Shown here: positions 56,614-64,000 of the stretch, piece after piece
Layout: each line of letters begins with the position of its first letter
Position numbering within the stretch: position 1 is the stretch's first letter
Assembly (NCBI GenBank): GCA_965204725.1
Contig: OZ242005.1
Span: 2,624,001 to 2,688,000, forward strand
Origin: Candidatus Latescibacterota bacterium
Lineage (GTDB): Bacteria > Latescibacterota > UBA2968 > UBA8231
Direction: 5' to 3'
DNA: 64,000 nucleotides
The notes under the pieces: generated by a model
What the model was told of the DNA's origin: nothing
Seen by the model: the letters and a program-made list of their open reading frames with translations, nothing else
Database searches by the model: none
Made by a program: the position numbers and the translations under genes

Positions 56614-59600
56614 GATTGCAAGGCCCGCACGCGCTGGGGGTCGAGGCGGCAGCTTTGTTGATAGGGGCAGTGCGGACAAATTTTGGCCGGATCGTGGGCG
56701 GTGACGCGAAATACCCCTCGGCGCATGGATCGGGCGTACGAAAGGACGAAGCCGCGCACGGCGTCGAGCCGCTGGCGATACTCCTCGGAGTCGTAAATGC
56801 CGTGGCGACCGCTGGCGACATAGGCTGTATTGCGGTGGGCGGCATCGGCGAACAGCCCCCTGCGGCCACAGTCCGCTAGGTCGCGGAGCATCAGGTACGC
56901 CGCCCCGGCCCCTTGTCGCAGCCCGAGCTCCCCGAACAGGGATTCAGCCGCTAGCAAGTAGAGCGGGAGTTGGAGGTTGAGGCCGGTGTCAATATCGGCC
57001 CCAGCGGGCATGCGGCCGGTTTTGTAGTCAAAGACGACGAAGCGGCCATCGGCCGTGCGGTCAATGCGGTCGATCTTGCCGGACAGGCGCACCTCATCGC
57101 CAGTCTCTGGATCGCCGATCGCATAGGGCGTGGGGGTCGATCTCCGGTCGCTGTCTCCTATGCCGGGATAGCTGCCAAAGCTCAGCTCAAAATGGGTCGG
57201 CACGGCTGGGTCGGCCCCGGCCGCTTGCAGCCGGAGGAAGCGGGGCAAAATGCCCTCGCGCTCCCCGTCGTCGCCGAGCAGGTGCTCTAATTCCCGATCC
57301 CAGAAAAAGCCGGTAAGCCTCATCTCCTCGGCGACTTGGCGGCCACAGTCACGCAACTCCGCGACGTTGGTCGCCAAGTTTTCCGGGCGTTCAGCCGCTT
57401 CGCCGTGGGCGTTATAGAAATCGTAGAGGATGCGGTGGACGAGGTTGCCGCGCTTGAGCGCGGTGTCGTCGGCTTCCGGGTCGTGGAGAGGCTGGAGCCC
57501 GAGCAGGTCGCGGGCGAAAAACCGGAAGGGGCAGCGGCCGTACAGCTCCAGTTGGGTCGCGGAGAAGGAGTGGCCCACGCCGAGGCGGGTGCGCAGCGCG
57601 GCGAGCTGAGACGCCTCGTCGAGTACGCCTTCGTACCGACTGAACCCCTCGGGACTGGTGCGCTGTGCGGCGACCTGCAAGCCGCGCACGAGATGCGCGG
57701 TGGCGTGGGCGTCGACCCGCACCATTGCGCCGTACAGAGCGAGGGCGTCATGATCGCGCTCCGCGCACAGGCCGCGGCCCAAGGCGCGGTGCAACTCGCC
57801 TCGGGTGCCCGGCATCCTACCGGCATCGTCCGCCGCAGGCTGCGGCCCGAGCAGGTCATCTAGCTCGGTGATAAAAGGCGAGGGAGCGAGCACCTCGCGG
57901 CCCGACTGCTGGGGATAGAAGACGCTGAGGCCGCGGCGCGGCGCACACACGGCGCGGTAAAACAGCAAGCGCTCGGCCGCGGTGGTCGCGTCCTCGTCCA
58001 AACTCAGGGCGCGACGCTGAGCCTCTTCGAGAAAAATATCGGCCGGCGGTACGCGGGGAAATTCGCCCTGCACCAGCCCGCCTAAGAAGAGGTAATCGCA
58101 GGGCGCACTGCCCGCCGCAACGAGGTCGGTCACTTGAATGCCAGCGTGCGTTGCGGAAGGGACGTGCGCTTGGGCGACGGCCTCGCGCAGCAGGTCGGCG
58201 AACTGGCTCAGGGTGCGGGGCTGCTCGGCCGCGGCCGGCGCACACAGTTCGTCGAGCAGCTCCAAAAAGCGCGTTAGGGCGCGGCCGTCTTCTGTCGCCC
58301 CCTCCGCGAGGGCATCCTCTACGCCCAACGCGCTGAGGGCGTGGAGCATGTTATGGCGGAAGGAGGGCAGGGCTTGGCGGCGCTCCAAGGGCTGGAGCAG
58401 GTCAAAGAGCGCGGTCAGGCTGGCTCGGAGAGGCTGGAGGGCCTCCTGCTCGGCGCGCAGGGACTCGTGCCAAGCGGCGCGATCGTCGATTTCTTCGGAG
58501 ACAGGTTCGTCTTTGCGCTCGAGTTCGCGCTCTAAGTAGGCGAAGGTGTCGTCAATGGCTGCGAGCCACGCGCCGCGCCCGGTCAGTGGGGGAACTTTGC
58601 GGGTCCACGCGGCGAAGTCCGCGGCCGAAAGCGTGTTCGTCTGACCTTCAAATGCGTAGCTCAGGCGCACCAAGGGCAAGCTGAGTAGGCGGAAGATCGC
58701 GGCGCGGCTGTAGCGCTCTAGCACTGCGTCGATGAGCGCAAAGACCGTGTTCATGGCCGGTGCGGTGGCAAGGGGCCGACCGCGCACGAGGTAAAAAGGC
58801 AGGCCGTGACGCGGCAGCACTTCTGCCACGAGCTCGGCATAGGAGTCGAGGTTGCGGAAGCCGATGCGGATCTGGCCGAGCTCGACCCCTTGCTCTTGAT
58901 GCAACCGACGAATACGGCGGGCCATCGCCGCAACTTCCCCGACTCGGTCGGGGCAGGCCACCCGCTCTACGGCTGCGGCGCAATGGTCGCGGCTATGCGT
59001 GAAGAGGCTACCGGCAAACGCGGCGGCCGGATGCTGCTCACCCGCGCTGGATTCGACGCGGACAGCGCGGGCGCGGAGCCATTCGTACAACGGGCGCGTG
59101 CGGGCAAAAAAGCTAGGCCCCTCCGGGTCGTAGTCGAGCAAGGCGATGGATTCTGGAACGAGGGCGAGCAGCTTGTCTAGCAAGGGCAAAAAAGGGGCGG
59201 GCACTTCTACAAACCCGCTGAACACGAGCAATTTGAGGCCGGGAAAACGCTGGTCGAGCACCGAGCGGTCGAGGTGGCTATTCACGGCGGCAAAACGCGC
59301 CCGCCGCCCGCTCCAGCCCGCCGCGAGCCGCGCTAGATACGCCTCATACAGGGCCTGCAATTCCGCGCTGCGCCGAGTGGTCCCTCCTAGATCACTCGGC
59401 TCGATGCCCAATTCCTCCAGCCGACGGAACAGTTGAGCCAGCCCCCGGGCCAGCCGCTCGGGTCGGCGGCTGTAATAGGGCGCACTGGCCGCGCTGGCCG
59501 CGAGCGCGTCTTCGACTAAGAGCACCTCGGCACTCAGGGGCAGGGCCGCTCGCCGGCCGGGACAGAGGCTGTAGAGGATGTCGATGAAAGCGTTTAGATC

Positions 59601-59801
59601 GAGGGCCAAGTACCCGGTGAGTAGGCCAGTGGAACGGGCGCGGGCGAGTTGCCGCCGCATGAGTTGGGCTTGGAAGCGCGATGGAACGAGCCAGAGAAAG
59701 GCCCGGCTATCGCCAGCACTGAGCAACGCCGAGCAGCACTCGGACGCAGGCGATGCCTTGTCGGGATGGGCCGGGCCGTAGATGAGGTTCAATTCGCCCA
59801 T
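56610..59801 (-). CDS. addB: AddB/RexB-like subunit (inactive helicase, PD-(D/E)xK nuclease, Fe-S Cys)
   Basis: SATQLELYGRCPFRFF, GNLVH, GKIDRID, DYKTG, QLPLY, CPHCPYQQSC. Confidence 0.88.
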   Translation of the reverse strand: MGELNLIYGPAHPDKASPASECCSALLSAGDSRAFLWLVPSRFQAQLMRRQLARARSTGLLTGYLALDLNAFIDILYSLCPGRRAALPLSAEVLLVEDALAASAASAPYYSRRPERLARGLAQLFRRLEELGIEPSDLGGTTRRSAELQALYEAYLARLAAGWSGRRARFAAVNSHLDRSVLDQRFPGLKLLVFSGFVEVPAPFLPLLDKLLALVPESIALLDYDPEGPSFFARTRPLYEWLRARAVRVESSAGEQHPAAAFAGSLFTHSRDHCAAAVERVACPDRVGEVAAMARRIRRLHQEQGVELGQIRIGFRNLDSYAELVAEVLPRHGLPFYLVRGRPLATAPAMNTVFALIDAVLERYSRAAIFRLLSLPLVRLSYAFEGQTNTLSAADFAAWTRKVPPLTGRGAWLAAIDDTFAYLERELERKDEPVSEEIDDRAAWHESLRAEQEALQPLRASLTALFDLLQPLERRQALPSFRHNMLHALSALGVEDALAEGATEDGRALTRFLELLDELCAPAAAEQPRTLSQFADLLREAVAQAHVPSATHAGIQVTDLVAAGSAPCDYLFLGGLVQGEFPRVPPADIFLEEAQRRALSLDEDATTAAERLLFYRAVCAPRRGLSVFYPQQSGREVLAPSPFITELDDLLGPQPAADDAGRMPGTRGELHRALGRGLCAERDHDALALYGAMVRVDAHATAHLVRGLQVAAQRTSPEGFSRYEGVLDEASQLAALRTRLGVGHSFSATQLELYGRCPFRFFARDLLGLQPLHDPEADDTALKRGNLVHRILYDFYNAHGEAAERPENLATNVAELRDCGRQVAEEMRLTGFFWDRELEHLLGDDGEREGILPRFLRLQAAGADPAVPTHFELSFGSYPGIGDSDRRSTPTPYAIGDPETGDEVRLSGKIDRIDRTADGRFVVFDYKTGRMPAGADIDTGLNLQLPLYLLAAESLFGELGLRQGAGAAYLMLRDLADCGRRGLFADAAHRNTAYVASGRHGIYDSEEYRQRLDAVRGFVLSYARSMRRGVFRVTAHDPAKICPHCPYQQSCRLDPQRVRALQS

Positions 59802-59948
59802 GAGCAGCAGGTTGGGGGTGAAATGGAGGGGCGCGTTGCCAACGTATCGCCCAAGAAAAACACTGTCAAGCCGCACGCTGCGCCGTGCGTTGACATAGAA
59901 CGGGGCAGGTCGCTTTTTATGCCCCGCGGCCTAGCCGCGCTTTTCTTA

Positions 59949-60088
59949 TAGAGGCGGTCTGAAAACCCACCTTGGGGCATGTTGAACAAGCCGCAGAGAC
60001 CGTCTGCGTCATTCCCGCGAAAGCGGGAATCCAGCCGGGATCGGTTAGACGCAAAGGACGACCACCAGAGTCTTCAGACCGCTTCTTA
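59949..60088. mobile_element. MITE-like element (about 18-bp TIRs) enclosing REP GTCATTCCCGCGAAAGCGGGAATCCAG
   Basis: TAGAGGCGGTCTGAAAAC / GTCTTCAGACCGCTTCTT; REP at 60008-60034. Confidence 0.65.
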
Positions 60089-60101
60089 GGTGGAATTCGC
60101 A

Positions 60102-61112
60102 ATGAAAAAATGGACTGCTGCCTTGCTCTTGTGGTGGAGTTGCGCCCCCCTGACCTCTCCGGCGGGCGGCCCGGAAGAATGGCAAAAACCCGAGCCACCG
60201 CCCCCACCGCCGAGCGCGTTAGAGCAATACCTGAAGGCGCGCCAGCACTATGGCCTCGGCCCTCGGCCCGACTTTGTGGCCGTGGTGCCCTTTGTCGATG
60301 AATCGGGGTTTCGCGAGGGCGTGTGGAACCTCGAATACGAACTGGCCAACATGGTCAGCGCGGAGCTAGCGCCCGTGCGGAATTGGGAGGTCGTCCCTTT
60401 TGACGCCGTGGCTGAGTTGGCCTTGGAGTGGGGGTTTGCCAGCCTTGAGAAAGCCCTCGCGATCGGGCGCGAGCTAGAGGCTGATTTCGTCGTCGTGGGC
60501 CTTTTGCAAGACTACGACATGCGCCGCCTGTCAGTGGGAGATCCCTTGTTGGGCGGATACAAATCCTATTCGGCCACGGCGCAGATGCGCGTCGAGATCG
60601 CACGGGTTGACGACGGCAGCGCGATCGGTCATGCCGAGGCCCAACGCGCACTCACCGACCGCGACTTGGGGCTCGACCTGTTGGGCAAGCCGCGCGAGCA
60701 GGACTTGCAGTTTGCCGGATTAAAGGAGCTAGCATTTGGCTCGGAGCCGTTCCGCCAAACCCTGTTGGGTCAAGCCACAGTAGAGGCCGTAGGCGAGTTG
60801 GTCCACAAGGTGGCTACGGCTTTCGAGCCGGAGGGCTTGGTGTTTACAGGCGATGCGCCCGAGGTCATCGCCGTATATAGCGAGGACATTTACGCCAATA
60901 TCGGCAGCGATCACGGCGTGCGGCCGCGATTGCGCTTTTTCGTCTATCCGAGCGACGCCCGGGTAGAGGCCGAGGGGCTGGCGTCCGCAGAGTCCGTCGC
61001 CCTCGTCGAAGTCGCCGAAATCATCAGCACCCGGCTCGCCAGCTTGCGGGTGCTCCGCGCCACCGGGACGATCAAGCCCGGCGACCGGCTCAAGTTGGCC
61101 GAAGGAGAATAG
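60102..61112 (+). CDS. Lipoprotein, CsgG/FlgT-like
   Basis: MKKWTAALLLWWSC lipobox; VAVVPFVD..IGRELEADFVVVG; C-terminal IYANIG..IKPGD. Confidence 0.65.
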   Translation: MKKWTAALLLWWSCAPLTSPAGGPEEWQKPEPPPPPPSALEQYLKARQHYGLGPRPDFVAVVPFVDESGFREGVWNLEYELANMVSAELAPVRNWEVVPFDAVAELALEWGFASLEKALAIGRELEADFVVVGLLQDYDMRRLSVGDPLLGGYKSYSATAQMRVEIARVDDGSAIGHAEAQRALTDRDLGLDLLGKPREQDLQFAGLKELAFGSEPFRQTLLGQATVEAVGELVHKVATAFEPEGLVFTGDAPEVIAVYSEDIYANIGSDHGVRPRLRFFVYPSDARVEAEGLASAESVALVEVAEIISTRLASLRVLRATGTIKPGDRLKLAEGE

Positions 61113-61114
61113 CG

Positions 61115-62149
61115 ATGCAGGGAGTAGTCAAATACCAGCGGGGCGACGGATTTGTCGAGCTGCGCGACCTAGCCGACGCGCCGCCCAACCCCGAGCAGGT
61201 GAAGGTGGCGGTGCAGGCCACCGGCATTTGCGGGTCGGACCTACACGTGTACCGCGACACCATCAACTACAACATCCAAACCCCGGTCGTCATGGGACAC
61301 GAGTTTAGCGGGGTGGTGGTGGAAAAGGGCGCGGCTGTCGGCGATCACATCCAAGTGGGCGACCGCGTGACCGGCGAGCCGAGCGTGTATATCTGCGGCG
61401 CCTGCGACTACTGCTTGAGCGAGCACTACAACCTCTGCCCCGACCGCAAGGTCATGGGCTATTGGCACCACGGCTGCTTCGCCCCTTACTGCAATGCGAC
61501 CTTCGTCCACAAGCTGCCCGCCGGCGTGGGGTTTGAAGCCGGCGCCCTAACCGAGTTGTTAGCCTGTTGCGTGCATTCGGTCATTGAGCAGGCCGGCGTG
61601 ACCGCCGGGGACTTCGTCGCCATCACCGGGCCGGGGCCGGTGGGTTTGTTCGCGGCGCTGGTGGCGTTGGCCGAAGGGGGGACGGTGATTCTCTGCGGCA
61701 CGGAGCGGGATACCGAGCGGCTGCAACTCGCCGAAGAATTGGGCGTCCAGCACACGGTCGATATTGCGGCCCATGATCCGGTGGCGCGGGTGCGCGAGTT
61801 GACTAGCGGCTATGGGGCCGATGTGGTAGTCGAGTGCGCGGGGGTGGCCCCAGCGATGCAGTTGGCCCTCGAACTGGCGCGCAAGCGGGGGCGCTACTCT
61901 CAGATGGGGCTGCCGGGTGCGCCCGTAGCGATCGACTTCGAGAAGATCGCTTACAACGAGCTCCAAGTCTCCGGCGGCATTGGCCAGCGGCGACCGGCTT
62001 GGCAGCGGGCGTTGCGGCTGATGGAACGGGGCTTTATTCCCAGCGAAAAGCTGATCACCCACCACTTTGCCCTGCGCGAATGGCAGCGGGCCTTTGACAT
62101 GGCCGAGGGGCAAGAGGGGATCAAGCTAATGTTCATGCCGCAGGACTGA
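61115..62149 (+). CDS. Zn-dependent MDR dehydrogenase (sorbitol/threonine-DH-like)
   Basis: GICGSDLH, GHEFSG, CGACDYC..C, GPGPVG. Confidence 0.92.
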   Translation: MQGVVKYQRGDGFVELRDLADAPPNPEQVKVAVQATGICGSDLHVYRDTINYNIQTPVVMGHEFSGVVVEKGAAVGDHIQVGDRVTGEPSVYICGACDYCLSEHYNLCPDRKVMGYWHHGCFAPYCNATFVHKLPAGVGFEAGALTELLACCVHSVIEQAGVTAGDFVAITGPGPVGLFAALVALAEGGTVILCGTERDTERLQLAEELGVQHTVDIAAHDPVARVRELTSGYGADVVVECAGVAPAMQLALELARKRGRYSQMGLPGAPVAIDFEKIAYNELQVSGGIGQRRPAWQRALRLMERGFIPSEKLITHHFALREWQRAFDMAEGQEGIKLMFMPQD

Positions 62150-62180
62150 GTACAACCCGCGCTTGCGGCTTTGGCAAAAA

Positions 62181-62210
62181 TTGGCGATTATCATAAAAAA
62201 GTGATAAACT
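62181..62210 (+). promoter_or_regulatory. Sigma70-like promoter overlapped by inverted-repeat operator TTATCA-N8-TGATAA
   Basis: TTGGCG-N18-TAAACT; the palindrome at 62188-62207 spans the spacer and the -10 box upstream of the XRE gene. Confidence 0.55.
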
Positions 62211-62237
62211 GAATGTGGAACGAGGAGGCAAGCACTC

Positions 62238-62693
62238 ATGCGTTCGATTTATAAACTCTGGCGTAAACTGCGCGATAAAGCGTACCGAGACGGCTACACG
62301 GAATCTCAGCTCTCCATTGAGGTGCCCTTTCAGATCCGAGCAATCCGCAAAGCACGCGGCTGGACGCAAGCCCAACTCGCCAAGCGGAGCGGCATTCCGC
62401 AAGCGCGGATATCCCACATTGAACAGGCCGGCCGGGATCCGCTGTCGTTGCGGACGTTGTACCGATTGGCAGCCGCTTTTGACGTGGGCTTGCAGGTACA
62501 GTTTGTCTCGTTCAGCGAGTTGGTACGGCGGGAAGCGGCCTTTGATCCCGAGACGTTTCGCGTCCCTAGCTTTGCAGAGGACCATATAGAGCGGGCCGTA
62601 CCAACTAGTGATATATCGGTGCCAAAGGAGCCTTACACGACCAACTCCAAGCGCACGCCCAAGGTACGCGGCAGAATGGCCCAATCTGAATGA
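62238..62693 (+). CDS. XRE-family HTH regulator
   Basis: GAGGAGG RBS; QIRAIRKARGWTQAQLAKRSGIPQARISHIE..TLYRLAAAFD. Confidence 0.88.
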   Translation: MRSIYKLWRKLRDKAYRDGYTESQLSIEVPFQIRAIRKARGWTQAQLAKRSGIPQARISHIEQAGRDPLSLRTLYRLAAAFDVGLQVQFVSFSELVRREAAFDPETFRVPSFAEDHIERAVPTSDISVPKEPYTTNSKRTPKVRGRMAQSE

Positions 62694-62760
62694 AATAGCC
62701 CGGAACCCGGCATCAGAGTACTGGCCCCTTGAGAATGCGCCTGCTGCGCTAGTCGCAACA

Positions 62761-62847
62761 CTGGATTCCCGCTTTCGCGGGAATGACCCCTAAAGTCGTC
62801 GTGCAAGACTAGGCCAAAAGCAACGTGAGTTTTAAGAACGCTTCTTA
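62761..62847. repeat. Second copy of the REP (exact reverse complement of 60008-60034) plus a TIR-like end
   Basis: CTGGATTCCCGCTTTCGCGGGAATGAC at 62761-62787; GTTTTAAGAACGCTTCTTA (62829-62847) matches 60070-60088 at 16/19. Confidence 0.7.
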
Positions 62848-62911
62848 CGGCGTTTAGGCCGACCCACTAAGTCCATGCTAAACGAAATACCACAACTGCG
62901 ATTGGTGCGTT

Positions 62912-64000
62912 TTGACTGAATTTTTTGAACAGCCTGTCCTCAACTCGCCCTACGAGCGTCCGAGTCGGCATTGGGAACTAGACGAGACCGGGCAGCCGAC
63001 CCAGCAGATCGTCGAAAGCCGCCGGGCAGCCGAGTTCATCACGCCGATTCCTCAGCCTAAGAAGCGCGAGGGAACATCCACCCAACAGGCCGCGCTGGTG
63101 TTTGACGAGGCGGCGCGAAAGCTCGAAGACGCCGGCCAGCAATACCTCGATCCGCTTAGCCTGCCGGTGGAGTTACAAACCGCGCTGGAGGCTCTGTACG
63201 GACATTACCAGAAAACCTTTGAGTTGATGGAAGAGGCGGGCATTGGCGTACCGCCGTGCTTTATTGTGGTCTGCAACAATACCGCGACCTCCAAGCTGGT
63301 GCATGACTACATCGCTGGCTTTCACCGCGAGAACGACGATGGCTCAACCACGTTGGTAAATGGCCGCCTAGAACTATTTCGCAACTTTGACGACCACGGC
63401 GACCAGTACCTGCCGCCGCGCACGCTGTTGATCGACAGCGAGCAGTTGGAGTCGGGCGACGCGCTGGACAAAAACTTCCGCGACGTGGCCGCCGACGAGA
63501 TCGACCGCTTTCGGCGGGAAATCATCAAGCGCACCGGCGACCGTCGTCAGGCCGACAACATCAGCGATCAAGCGCTGCTCCGCGAGGTTATGAACACCGT
63601 GGGCAAACCGGGGCGGCTGGGGGCTTCGATTCGCTGCGTAGTGTCCGTGTCCATGCTCACCGAAGGCTGGGATGCGAATACGGTCAGCCACGTGTTGGGC
63701 GTGCGCGCTTTTGGGACGCAGCTACTCTGCGAGCAGGTCGTTGGCCGAGCACTGCGCCGGCAGTCCTACGATCTCAACGAAGACGGCCTGTTCGACGTCG
63801 AGTACGCCGATGTCTTGGGCATCCCATTCGACTTTACGGCCAAGCCCGTGGTGGCCCCGCCCAAGCCGCTGCGCGAGACCGTTCAGGTGCGGGCCGTGCG
63901 ACCCGAGCGCGACGCGCTGGAAATTCGTTTCCCGCGGGTGGCCGGGTATCGAGTGGAATTGCCGGCAGAGCGGCTCCGCGCCGAGTTCAACGAGGACTCA
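62912..64000 (+). CDS. Type III restriction Res subunit (BPTD_3080-like), partial at the right edge, apparently internally deleted
   Basis: Not in the ORF track; translated by hand from TTG 62912: FFEQPVLNSPYERPSRHWELD..PPCFIVVCNNT..IRCVVSVSMLTEGWDA..LCEQVVGRALRR. No Walker A or DEAH motif precedes the helicase C-terminal motifs. Confidence 0.8.
   Translation, partial: MTEFFEQPVLNSPYERPSRHWELDETGQPTQQIVESRRAAEFITPIPQPKKREGTSTQQAALVFDEAARKLEDAGQQYLDPLSLPVELQTALEALYGHYQKTFELMEEAGIGVPPCFIVVCNNTATSKLVHDYIAGFHRENDDGSTTLVNGRLELFRNFDDHGDQYLPPRTLLIDSEQLESGDALDKNFRDVAADEIDRFRREIIKRTGDRRQADNISDQALLREVMNTVGKPGRLGASIRCVVSVSMLTEGWDANTVSHVLGVRAFGTQLLCEQVVGRALRRQSYDLNEDGLFDVEYADVLGIPFDFTAKPVVAPPKPLRETVQVRAVRPERDALEIRFPRVAGYRVELPAERLRAEFNEDS

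Noticed and set aside
53014-59801. AddAB pair as a novel defence helicase-nuclease or Cas4-like system
   Set aside because: Order, overlap and motifs fit housekeeping AddAB, and the degenerate Walker A in AddB is common.
59954-59963. GCGGTCTGAA resembling the Neisseria DNA uptake sequence
   Set aside because: It has one mismatch, was noticed only in the TIR pair, and is not scattered through the window as uptake sequences are.

Overview
GC-rich bacterial chromosomal window with about 50 CDS. I found no rRNA, tRNA or CRISPR array. The gene content (large secreted proteins with FTPNGDxxND/FlgD-Ig C-termini, ankyrin/TPR/HEAT repeats, an Rpn protein) resembles FCB-group Latescibacterota/Gemmatimonadota-like host-associated bacteria; this is inference only. 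Layout: (1) 1-12.8 kb is a secreted/surface-protein cluster with three paralogous proteins, a probable outer-membrane partner, a GT-C+TPR glycosyltransferase and a PpiC/SurA lipoprotein. (2) 12.9-21.1 kb is a FadR/GntR-controlled corrinoid methyl-transfer operon (unknown protein, MtaA/CmuA-family methyltransferase, corrinoid protein, RACo/ASKHA activator, MetF-MetV fusion), interrupted by an AT-richer three-gene nuclease-like/HigA cassette. (3) 21-31.6 kb is mostly housekeeping and envelope genes (lipA, S41 protease, coaX, M23, LptE, NhaC). (4) 31.6-37 kb is a variable island bracketed by direct repeats of an rpn 3' end. It holds an Rpn nuclease with a strong internal start (candidate intragenic antitoxin) and a decaying tandem array of Ser/Thr kinase-coiled coil-ankyrin modules. 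(5) 37-62 kb holds an SSS transporter, HEAT lipoprotein, rarA, enolase-ribB-dsbD-GT2, gnd/pgi, addAB and a dehydrogenase, with several MITE/REP elements. (6) The right end has an XRE regulator with an operator and a type III restriction Res gene that appears to have lost its ATPase core in frame. All family calls come from motif recognition, not database searches.
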